Both the position numbers and the translations under genes were made by a program. 20,788 bases of DNA, taken from Paramicrosporidium saccamoebae KSL3 (lineage: Eukaryota; Fungi; Cryptomycota). The DNA lies in the NCBI GenBank assembly GCA_002794465.1, contig MTSL01000207.1, forward strand, positions 1 through 20,788, given 5' to 3'. Positions within the stretch are counted from its first letter, which is position 1; each line of letters opens with the position of its first letter. The notes beneath the pieces were generated by a model that did not search any database, was not told the origin of the DNA, and saw only the letters and a list, made by a program, of their open reading frames with translations. Shown one piece after another: positions 1 through 7,869 of this stretch.

Positions 1-96
1 AGATGTGTATCCATACTATTCTAGGATTAGCAGTGAATAAACCCCCCTTCCCTTTCCCGCCTAACAGTCCATACTATTTATCCCCACTATGCGACA
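1..96 (+). mobile_element. LTR-like repeat family 1, 3' part (copy D), truncated by the window edge
   Basis: 33-96 (GTGAATAAAC...TTCCCGCCTAACA...TATCCCCACTATGCGACA) matches the reverse complement of 16723-16800 (CTGAATAAAC...TTCCCGCCTGACA...TATCCCCACTACGCGACA). It ends in ...GACA, with AATAAA at 36-41. Confidence 0.7.
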
Positions 97-97
97 G

Positions 98-443
98 TGT
101 GACGTTAGTGATAAGACCCTGTTAAACAGCATCCATTTATTATTGGTAAGTCCGACCCAGATGGCGGTCTCACAGGCCAGTTTGGTTATATTAAGAATGG
201 CTACCTATAAAGAAGCCACATACTTTAAGAAAAGCATGTTCACACATCAAGCAGACCCCTTGTTGGGGTCCCTGCTCCACAGCTGTACTGTTGTGGCATA
301 GTGGATTAATCGCCATGTTCTTTGAGGACAACTCTCGAGTCTGAAAAGGATAGAGTTTAATGGCAAGTTTTAGTGGGTCGTTTAGGCTTGTTACTGTACC
401 GCTTGAAATGGGGGATGCCTGTATTGCTACGGGTCTTGTCACA
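98..443 (+). mobile_element. LTR-like/MITE-like repeat family 2, possibly full length (346 bp)
   Basis: 98-212 aligns ungapped with the reverse complement of 11389-11503 (87/115 identical by hand count). 119-208 aligns with 15094-15183 (70/90). It starts TGTGAC, and GTCACA at 438-443 gives a 6-bp terminal inverted repeat. TATAAA at 206-211. The right end is inferred from the TIR only; no target-site duplication seen. Confidence 0.6.
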
Positions 444-468
444 ATATAAGCAGCACAGCCTATCTCTG

Positions 469-1413
469 CTAAATCCCTGGATTCTTGAGAAATGGATGGT
501 TTTTAATCTTATCCACATCTCTATTCGCATGACACCAGCGCTGGTTGGGATCAAAATGGCCAATACCTCGGATAAAGCTATCAAACTCGGAATCTCCCGT
601 GTCCCCAGGCACCCACGATTTGACAGTTTCTTCTAGTTCATCTGTCGTTATGACCTCGCCAAACGGATGCTTCCCCGTCTTAACTTCAAGCAGTGTTATT
701 GCGAGGGCATACCAGTCCGCCCCATTATTGTAACGTCTGGATCCGTCTATTTTTTCTGGTGAGCTGTACAGTTGAGCACCGGTTCCACGAGTGGTGCCGT
801 CGGGGCTACTGACAGTCGCCGCATTGTAGTCAATTAGTTTGACTTTTCCGTCATCGGTTACCAGAATATTGGAAGGCTTAATGTCATTGTGGATGACATG
901 GTGGGTGTGTAGATAATCCAGAACATCCACCAACTGGCGAGCCACGTTTCGAAGAAAGCCGGGGGTGATGGCATCCGGGGTGCTCATCCACGTCTCGAGA
1001 GTCTTTGTGGTGTCAAAGCGCATAACCAAATTCACCGTTCCTCCCGTCTCGAGAAAGGTGCAAATACCCTCTGGAATATTTCGATGTTTGAGCACGTGGA
1101 GGGCTATATCTTCCATCCGGATCTCATTGATATCACCATCAGATACCTTTTTTATGACTACCACCATTTTTAAAGTCTCGTATTCTGCAAGGTAGACATT
1201 GGTGGAAGTAGGAAAGTGTCTGCTACGGCCAATTACGGTGCCAAGTTTAAAGTCAGCTTGGGTACATACTCGGCCACTATACTGCGGATAGAGAGGTATA
1301 TAGGTGCTAGTAACCTCTTCAAAATATTTATACTGTAATTCCAGTATTTTGGATAGGGTCCCCGAAGTAGCACCTGCTATGGTAAGCAGACAGAACATTG
1401 CCCACACGAACAT
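469..1413 (-). CDS. K1: signal-peptide-bearing Ser/Thr protein kinase (AGC/PKA-like, non-RD), 314 aa
   Basis: Hydrophobic N-terminus MFVWAMFCLLTIAGA. Motifs VVIK, MED (alphaC Glu), HNDIKPSN, DYN, SPE, DWY, QRW, NHPF. Intronless ORF. Confidence 0.9.
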   Translation of the reverse strand: MFVWAMFCLLTIAGATSGTLSKILELQYKYFEEVTSTYIPLYPQYSGRVCTQADFKLGTVIGRSRHFPTSTNVYLAEYETLKMVVVIKKVSDGDINEIRMEDIALHVLKHRNIPEGICTFLETGGTVNLVMRFDTTKTLETWMSTPDAITPGFLRNVARQLVDVLDYLHTHHVIHNDIKPSNILVTDDGKVKLIDYNAATVSSPDGTTRGTGAQLYSSPEKIDGSRRYNNGADWYALAITLLEVKTGKHPFGEVITTDELEETVKSWVPGDTGDSEFDSFIRGIGHFDPNQRWCHANRDVDKIKNHPFLKNPGI

Positions 1414-1963
1414 TACTGTATCCCCTGGTTATATTAACGTTACTTAAGTACTCGACCACGCGGACTGTAATGTTTCCGCTTACCCCTAAATCCTTTATTG
1501 GTAATTGTTTAAATTTTCAACACTAATCGGTTGCAGGCTAAGCCATTTACTACGTAATTGGCGAGGTAGGTTACGACCCTTGATTAAATGCCAAACTTTC
1601 CTCTGATACTTTTCCTCCGTTGCCTGCATCAGGGTGCGACGACAATGACCATTTGTATGCTTGCTTCAACCGATAGGGATCTTGTGCATCTATGCATGTA
1701 TGTTTTGTATTCAATCTAAGTGATGTTCCTCAGGATCAACGAGGTGCTTAATGCTCAATTATCAATACTGTCTAGAATAGGTTTCCACTTTCTGGGACTG
1801 GATTATAGACGATTGTAGGTTTGCCATAAGGCGGCACCGTGCCAACTGCAGACACTAGTCAAAACTCGAAACTGTTAAACAAATTATGGAGTTTTATTGA
1901 GTCGCCAAGACTGGCCCCTGCACCACTTTGAATAGGAGACACTTCTATTGCTATGGGCCCTGA

Positions 1964-2974
1964 TTATGGCCCAGCCTGGGTCTCTGGCTCTGTCAAATCG
2001 TGTAGATTTTTGAGAAATGGATGATTTAGAATCTTGTCCATACTTCCATTCGCACGGCTCCAACGCTGGTTGGGATCGAAATGGCCAATACCTCGGACAA
2101 AGCTATCAAAATCGGGATCGTCCGTGTCCTCGGGCACCCAGCTTGTGACAGCTTTTTTCAGTTCAGACATCTCTTTGATATCGCCAAACGGGTGTTTCCC
2201 AGTTTTAAATTCAATCAGTGTTAGTGCAAGCGCGTACCAGTCCGCCCCATTGTTGTAACGTCTAGGTTTTCTTAGCTTCTCTAGGGGGCTGTATAGTGGA
2301 GTGCCGATTGCGGTCGTAGTGCCATCGGAGTCACTAAAAGTGGCCAAGCCGTAGTCGATTAGTTTGACCCTTTCGTCCTTAGTTACCAAAATATTGGAAG
2401 GCTTGATGTCATTGTGGATGATATGGTGCTCGTGTAGATAAGCCATAACATTCACCAACTGGCGAGCCACATTTTGAAGGAAGCAGGGCTTGGTGGCTTC
2501 TGGAGCACCTATCCACATCTTGAGTGTCATATTGGTGTCATATTTCATAACCAAATTCACTGCTGAAGAGTCGTATTCTTCATTAAAAGTGCCAATACCG
2601 TCAGGGATATTTGGATGCTCGAGCAGATGGAGAATTATCTCTTCCATCCGGATAGACTTTAAATGCCCGTTGTAAATACGCTTGATGATTACATTCTCTT
2701 TTGAAGGTCCGTACTCTGCAGGAGAGACAAGGGTCGAAGACGTTTCGGTTTGAGTCATACTAATTCTCTTTCCACGTTGAAAGTCAGTTGAAACACATAC
2801 TTTGCCTTTATACTTCGGAAAGAGCGGTATATAGTAGCCTTCATAATCCCTGAGATCTCCTTCATCTTGTGGCATCAATGAGGATACGTCAAGCTCGACT
2901 GGAGGCTGCGCGATCTGCGCGGCAGCACCTAAAGCCACTAGGGTGAGCAGGCGGAATATCACTCCTACGAACAT
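1964..2974 (-). CDS. K2: signal-peptide-bearing Ser/Thr protein kinase, close paralog of K1, 336 aa
   Basis: N-terminus MFVGVIFRLLTLVALGAAA. Motifs VIIK, HNDIKPSN, DYG, GTPLY, DWY. The C-lobe is very similar to K1 (RYNNGADWYALA, KTGKHPFG, FDSF-RGIGHFDPNQRW). Gly-rich loop absent. Confidence 0.9.
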   Translation of the reverse strand: MFVGVIFRLLTLVALGAAAQIAQPPVELDVSSLMPQDEGDLRDYEGYYIPLFPKYKGKVCVSTDFQRGKRISMTQTETSSTLVSPAEYGPSKENVIIKRIYNGHLKSIRMEEIILHLLEHPNIPDGIGTFNEEYDSSAVNLVMKYDTNMTLKMWIGAPEATKPCFLQNVARQLVNVMAYLHEHHIIHNDIKPSNILVTKDERVKLIDYGLATFSDSDGTTTAIGTPLYSPLEKLRKPRRYNNGADWYALALTLIEFKTGKHPFGDIKEMSELKKAVTSWVPEDTDDPDFDSFVRGIGHFDPNQRWSRANGSMDKILNHPFLKNLHDLTEPETQAGP

Positions 2975-3149
2975 TACTGTACCCTGGCCATCCGAGCCTG
3001 ATTTAAATACTTGACCACGTGGGTAGGGGTATTTCCGCTAATCCTCAGGTCCTTACGAATATTGCAAGATGCCTATGATAAGGTGGATCGATTATATGGG
3101 CATTTATGGACAGTGAAAGCTGTGTCCTTGCGATTTTCGGATCAGAAAC

Positions 3150-3214
3150 GAACAAGTTTATTCCCTTCTCTTCTTTCCTGGCTTGGGCCGCGGCATTTTC
3201 CCCACTCCGCAACA
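3150..3214 (+). mobile_element. LTR-like repeat family 1, degenerate 3' fragment (copy E)
   Basis: 3187-3214 GCCGCGGCATTTTCCCCACTCCGCAACA matches the family 3' end CCCGTGGTATTATCCCCACTACGCGACA at 22/28, and is preceded by the family's pyrimidine-rich tract. Left boundary approximate. Confidence 0.45.
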
Positions 3215-3262
3215 CTAAGATGGGCTCCTCTACCTGATCATGGGTCACCATGAGGGCTATTG

Positions 3263-4414
3263 TCATTGAACTGTAGCAAATTGGCTCATCACGAGCAATA
3301 ATAGGCAGATGATGAGCGGTGCTATCGACCGATCGATATCCGTGTCTACGCTTGCCCCTACTCCAATGGGCAATATATTCGAGTTCAAGTAAGGATGATT
3401 CCACATTTCTTCGAGATTTCCATTGGCGCGACACCATCTCCTTGTAGGATCAGAATGTCGCAACATGCCTACGAAATCGTCTGTACTCGCGATAGGGAGC
3501 GGCGGAAATGGCTCTGCTAGGTCTCTCATAAATTCAGAAAGTGATGGAGAGTCTTCCAACGGGTGCTTTCCCGCAATTATTTCATAGAGAACCGTGCCCA
3601 ACCCATACCAATCTTCGCCGTTGTTAATAGGAAGGTCTCGGAGTTTCTCAAGAGACATGTACAACGGAGTGCCGCATACATTTGATTCTCCCCACGTTTC
3701 CCTAGTCACGTATCCAAAGTCGATTAATTTTACGGTTCCATCCTCCGCCATTAGGATATTTTTCGGTTTGATATCGTTGTGGATGAATTTCAAGTCATGG
3801 AGATATGTTAGCACACTGGCCATCTGTCGCACAAAGTGGCGCTGGTTTTCTAAACTTTTGAATGTTCCATTTTTTGCGGCGCTCTCGATCGTTGTGTCGG
3901 TCGTGAACTCCATCACAGTCCTTATTACGCCTTTCTCTACGTAGGTGCAAATTTCCCTCATAAGGTTCGGATGGTCCAAATTTAAGACTAACTCCTCTAC
4001 TCGAATTCTTTCTAGCTTACGACAACGGAAGGGGTATTTGTATTCTTTGATTGCCACTTGCCGGCCGTTGTCGTTGATGTGTTTTGCCAGATATACTGTT
4101 GAAGATGTCCCTTGTCCAATAGGGTGTAGCAACTTAAAGTCACTCGATTTGCATGGCTGACCCTTAAAGTTTGGAGAAATGGGAACATAGCTGCCATCTC
4201 CGCTACGAAGCTTTATGAATGGCGTCTCTAGCAACTCGCTGATGTCAAAGTTCCCAGAAATGAACTTTGGGGCTATAGATCCGCTTTCTGAAGCGTTGAG
4301 AGTTTCAGAAGCTCCTTGATTAAGCGGACCTTGCCCTTCCGCATTACCTGGTAAACGAGATGCCAAAATTTTCAATAACAACGTTGTACAGAAAATGAGG
4401 GTTTTACAGTGCAT
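3263..4414 (-). CDS. K3: signal-peptide-bearing Ser/Thr kinase with a C-terminal hydrophobic tail (GPI/TM-like), 383 aa
   Basis: First ATG at 4414 (the ORF track starts at a TTG at 4432) gives MHCKTLIFCTTLLLKILA. Motifs GQGTSSTVY, VAIK, HNDIKPKN, DFG, CGTPLY, DWY. C-terminus IAPLIICLLLLVMSQFATVQ. Confidence 0.9.
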   Translation of the reverse strand: MHCKTLIFCTTLLLKILASRLPGNAEGQGPLNQGASETLNASESGSIAPKFISGNFDISELLETPFIKLRSGDGSYVPISPNFKGQPCKSSDFKLLHPIGQGTSSTVYLAKHINDNGRQVAIKEYKYPFRCRKLERIRVEELVLNLDHPNLMREICTYVEKGVIRTVMEFTTDTTIESAAKNGTFKSLENQRHFVRQMASVLTYLHDLKFIHNDIKPKNILMAEDGTVKLIDFGYVTRETWGESNVCGTPLYMSLEKLRDLPINNGEDWYGLGTVLYEIIAGKHPLEDSPSLSEFMRDLAEPFPPLPIASTDDFVGMLRHSDPTRRWCRANGNLEEMWNHPYLNSNILPIGVGASVDTDIDRSIAPLIICLLLLVMSQFATVQ

Positions 4415-4798
4415 GTTAATTAAATTTCCCAATTGGTTTCTTAAGACGGAAATGCTGCTATAGTATTACTAATTAAGTAAGCCATGCGGCAGAGGACGAT
4501 CATTAATATGGGTTTACGTTGTAGCAATTTGATGTGTAGGCGTGAGCATTGATCTCTTGGAAATCCTGTACGACATTCCCATCAAGCCTCTAAACTTTAG
4601 CTTGCTGAATTAATAATACCATAGCTTAGGAAGCGTACCATTCCAAATTGTTCATATACGTGCTGTGTCATCTGATGGGTATTCTTATAGCAGCAGGTTC
4701 TTACACGCGGTGAGGGCAGGTATTACTTTAAAATCACAGATTGCTGCATAATTTTCCCAACTTGGCAGTGGTTCCGTTTTGGGAAAAGTGCTGGGCTG

Positions 4799-5152
4799 AT
4801 GAAAGTGTCGCTTTGTTGGATGCCTGCCGCGCTGGCACTGAACATTACCCAGCCCACCGGTCTCGGCAGACGACCTATCCACTGTGGAAATTATCTCCAG
4901 GTTCGCTGGAATGCCGCAAGTGTCCCCCAAGGTACTGATTGTGTGCGTCTACAGCTCGTACACAGTGGGGGAAAGACTATGATTGCAGATTGTGTGCCGG
5001 CGAGTCCGGGATTTGCGGCATTCTACCCATGGCGTTTCGCGGGACCGTTGCACGTTTTAATCGAATCGATTGACAAGGAAGGCTTGGTGCTAGACGCGAC
5101 TCTTTCTGACCAGTTCCTGCTTCCCTCTTGTATTGAATCTGGCCCCCAATGA
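4799..5152 (+). CDS. Small predicted secreted protein, 117 aa, possibly Kre9/Knh1-N-terminal-like Ig fold
   Basis: ATG start and signal-like MKVSLCWMPAALA. The mature start LNITQPT, followed by LQVRW, VRLQL, IADCVPASPG and SDQFLL, follows the beta-strand pattern of fungal Kre9/KNH-like domains. Four Cys in the mature part. The stop lies 15 bp from the convergent gene's stop. Confidence 0.55.
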   Translation: MKVSLCWMPAALALNITQPTGLGRRPIHCGNYLQVRWNAASVPQGTDCVRLQLVHSGGKTMIADCVPASPGFAAFYPWRFAGPLHVLIESIDKEGLVLDATLSDQFLLPSCIESGPQ

Positions 5153-5167
5153 AACGCTTTTTGTTTA

Positions 5168-6028
5168 TCATAATCTGGTCAATTTTCTGTCAAAGTCCAA
5201 CTCTAATATTATAGAATTTGTCGGAGGGACGTGATAAAACAGCTTGTAAGCAGGCATAAACTGATCTACAAAGCGATCAATCGTCGCTTTTGATCGACAA
5301 TGTGTACCAGCCAATCGACAAGCGTTTAATTCTTGTTCCCATCTCCAGCGGTATATTATGCTTAGGTCTCTTGTTCTCAAAAAGATATAGCCACTGAATA
5401 AGCCCCATACCTTCTGATAAGCACGCAAAGATTCATTTAATAGTGTCGCGGACTCTGTTTCGGGCGATTCGCACGGTTGAAAGCCCACCATCCAGCCTTC
5501 CACCAACAATATATCTAGCGGTAAAGAAATTACCCTAGGCGTAACCCTATCACCCAAAGTACGAGACGCAGCCCTGTCACCTAAAACACGAGGCGCAGTC
5601 CTATCGCCTAAACCACGAGACGCATTCCTGTCGCCTAAACCACGAGACACATTCCTGTCACCCAAGCCTCCTCGTGCATGTTTGTCATACGTGGGTACAA
5701 CAATTGGGTGTGCGCCATGCTTGAAGGCATTGAGATGCTCAAATAGCAATTCCACATCATGTGTGCCCGGATTGCCCCTGAATTCATACAAAGGGTTTTT
5801 GAGACGATCACGTAAGGCGAGTAGACTCTCGTGAGGTAGATAATAGTCGTCCAGGGAAACACAGTCAAGGTTCCAGCCATCACGTCGGAGTTTATCACAA
5901 GCCAGCTCGCAAAGAGTACTCTTCCCACAGCCTTGTGGCCCGCATAGCCCCACTATCACCGGTTTGGATTCGCTCCGTTCTACTATTTCCAAAATTGCCG
6001 CTACTAGCATTTGAGCATTCTCTTCCAT
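5168..6028 (-). CDS. TDA10: P-loop kinase of the TDA10 / D-glycerate 3-kinase-like family, 286 aa
   Basis: Walker A GPQGCGKST; SLDDYYL; RGNPGTHD; VPTYDK...GDR; LLVEGWMVGF; WRWEQE; FVDQFMPAY. Confidence 0.85.
   Translation of the reverse strand: MEENAQMLVAAILEIVERSESKPVIVGLCGPQGCGKSTLCELACDKLRRDGWNLDCVSLDDYYLPHESLLALRDRLKNPLYEFRGNPGTHDVELLFEHLNAFKHGAHPIVVPTYDKHARGGLGDRNVSRGLGDRNASRGLGDRTAPRVLGDRAASRTLGDRVTPRVISLPLDILLVEGWMVGFQPCESPETESATLLNESLRAYQKVWGLFSGYIFLRTRDLSIIYRWRWEQELNACRLAGTHCRSKATIDRFVDQFMPAYKLFYHVPPTNSIILELDFDRKLTRL
5534..5668. repeat. Five tandem 27-nt in-frame coding repeats (9 aa, RxLGDRxxS/P)
   Basis: Units at 5534, 5561, 5588, 5615 and 5642, e.g. ACGAGACGCATTCCTGTCGCCTAAACC. 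They translate as RGLGDRNVS / RGLGDRNAS / RGLGDRTAP / RVLGDRAAS / RTLGDRVTP. Confidence 0.95.
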
Positions 6029-6219
6029 ATCGAGGGGTCGTGGTGCTTTAATTGTTTACCACGTATGAGGCTTAAACGTTGTCAAATAAGGTATATCATC
6101 ATGCGTAATGCATCATGCATAATGCTGCTGGTTATAATGGGTCTTTGGCAGTTACCACAATGTTAAGCATTCATATTGTAAAGTTATTAAGAAGATCCTT
6201 TGTTAAAGTACCTGGTCTT

Positions 6220-6382
6220 TGTGCAGTACAACGGATTGATTAGCTGGGTATTTGGGGATAATTATCTAGTTTGGCTGAACCGAAAGAAGACTGAGATTTG
6301 CATCTGTACGGTTATAAGATTAGTAGTGCGTTGGATTATTAGTGAACGAATTCTCTTTTTGCTTCTTCCTCACTATGTGACA
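6220..6382 (+). mobile_element. LTR-like repeat family 1, internally deleted copy (copy F)
   Basis: Starts TGTG and ends CACTATGTGACA. 6235-6274 matches the reverse complement of copy A at 34/40. GTTGGATTATTAGTGAAC matches GTTGGATTAATAGTGAAC of copy A. Confidence 0.7.
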
Positions 6383-6481
6383 CGTAGATGTAACATTTTA
6401 CAACTTTTACTTCATTTATAACGTCAGTCCTATTGCAAAGGATCACTGACATGCTTTCAAGTGCACCTATTCTAGTTCATT

Positions 6482-7453
6482 CTAGTCGAGTTCCAAAGGT
6501 GGATCTCGGAGATATGGATGGTTTCTGATTGCATCAGAATGCCCGTTACACTGGGCCCAGCGCAGCTCCCAATTTGGGTGGGCAATCTGTTGTATAAAGT
6601 CATTCAGTGCACGGTTTTTAAGACGTGGCAGACCCCGCTTGGCGGCCACTTCAATATCGACCAACTTTGCGATACTTCGAAACGGATTATGTCCGGTAAA
6701 CATTTCATAAAGCATCACACCAAATGAATACCAATCTACGGCATTAAAGTATCGTGTGGCACGGAATTTTTCCGGTGCAAGATAGATGGTTGTGCCAGAA
6801 CGACGATTTGCCCCGTGCTGATCATAGGCCGCCAAATCAAAATCAATTAGGAACACATGGCCGTCCGGACGTACTAGCACATTTTCTGGCTTAATGTCGT
6901 TGTGAATGATCCCTTGTTCGTGCAGATAAATCAATACGCCTACCAATTGTCTTGCTACACTGCGGAGATTGATGGGAAAGGGTGGCCGTACGGATAGCCA
7001 TTCTCGTAGACTCTCCCCTGCAATGTATTCCATCACCACTCCCACACTGTCATCTAATCCAAGGAATGTACAGATTCCCTTGGGAAGATTCGGATGATCT
7101 AGCTTATTGAGCACCACTTCCTCCAACTGCACTTTTTGTGGAAAGCTTTTGTATGCCGCTTTGGTAAAATACTTTACTGCCACCAGCTGACCAGTGTCCG
7201 CCGTCAACGCTCTAAAGACACTCCCAGCGACCCGTGTGTCGATCTGAAATTGGTGAGGGTTGCAGGACACGTTGTGGCAGGTGTTGAAGATGGGCTGGTA
7301 AGTATCCTTGTCGTCCAAAAGACCTTTGGCGGGGAAGCTGAGAAGTTCGGACACGCTTGCATCAGCAGTAGGACGGGGGATGGTCTGAAGGATAACAACA
7401 TTAAAGAATTGAATTCCCAGACATAAAAGGGCCGCGGGACTGAGGTGATGCAT
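6482..7453 (-). CDS. K4: signal-peptide-bearing Ser/Thr kinase (non-RD, DFD), 323 aa
   Basis: ATG at 7453 gives MHHLSPAALLCLGIQFFNVVIL. Motifs VAVK, LEE, HNDIKPEN, DFD, GTTIYLAPE, DWY, NHPYL. Shortened Gly loop. Confidence 0.9.
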   Translation of the reverse strand: MHHLSPAALLCLGIQFFNVVILQTIPRPTADASVSELLSFPAKGLLDDKDTYQPIFNTCHNVSCNPHQFQIDTRVAGSVFRALTADTGQLVAVKYFTKAAYKSFPQKVQLEEVVLNKLDHPNLPKGICTFLGLDDSVGVVMEYIAGESLREWLSVRPPFPINLRSVARQLVGVLIYLHEQGIIHNDIKPENVLVRPDGHVFLIDFDLAAYDQHGANRRSGTTIYLAPEKFRATRYFNAVDWYSFGVMLYEMFTGHNPFRSIAKLVDIEVAAKRGLPRLKNRALNDFIQQIAHPNWELRWAQCNGHSDAIRNHPYLRDPPLELD

Positions 7454-7582
7454 GATCAACAAATATTGGTATTTATTTATTGTGTCGTTTTTGTTGATTG
7501 TCTATTAGTCGGTTGCTAACGGAAATGACTTTGGTTCTCTGAATGAAAATTTTATCCATGCGTGTTACGTGGTGACATATAA

Positions 7583-7666
7583 GCGGGTGGTGGATCAGCT
7601 AGAAGATTCAGCAGGCGGTAGATCAACTGGCAAATTCAGTGGATGGTGAATCAACTAGCAGATCCT
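7583..7666. repeat. Three imperfect 28-nt tandem repeats in a divergent promoter
   Basis: GCGGGTGGTGGATCAGCTAGAAGATTCA / GCAGGCGGTAGATCAACTGGCAAATTCA / GTGGATGGTGAATCAACTAGCAGATCCT, followed by two ATTGATTGAC copies. Confidence 0.8.
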
Positions 7667-7869
7667 TTATTGATTGACTGGATTTTAATTGATTGACAAG
7701 CTTTTACTTGAGGATGGTATATCGCTCTGCCGAAGCGTTCGCTGGAAAAACTATGAATACATAGCCAAGCCCGTAAATTGGTCATAAACGAGATCCCTCC
7801 CACTCAACAAAGGACTACACGCCCCAATCTTTTAACAGCGCCAGACACAACCCTGGACAGTCGGTCGGG

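Noticed and set aside
98-212. Excess G-to-A and C-to-T differences between family 2 copies, suggesting RIP
   Set aside because: Mutated sites occur in mixed contexts (CpA, CpG, CpC, CpT) and the sample is tiny. General transition or AT bias explains it.
7583-7666. CRISPR-like array
   Set aside because: The repeats are contiguous with no spacers, are degenerate, and sit in a eukaryotic context with no cas genes.
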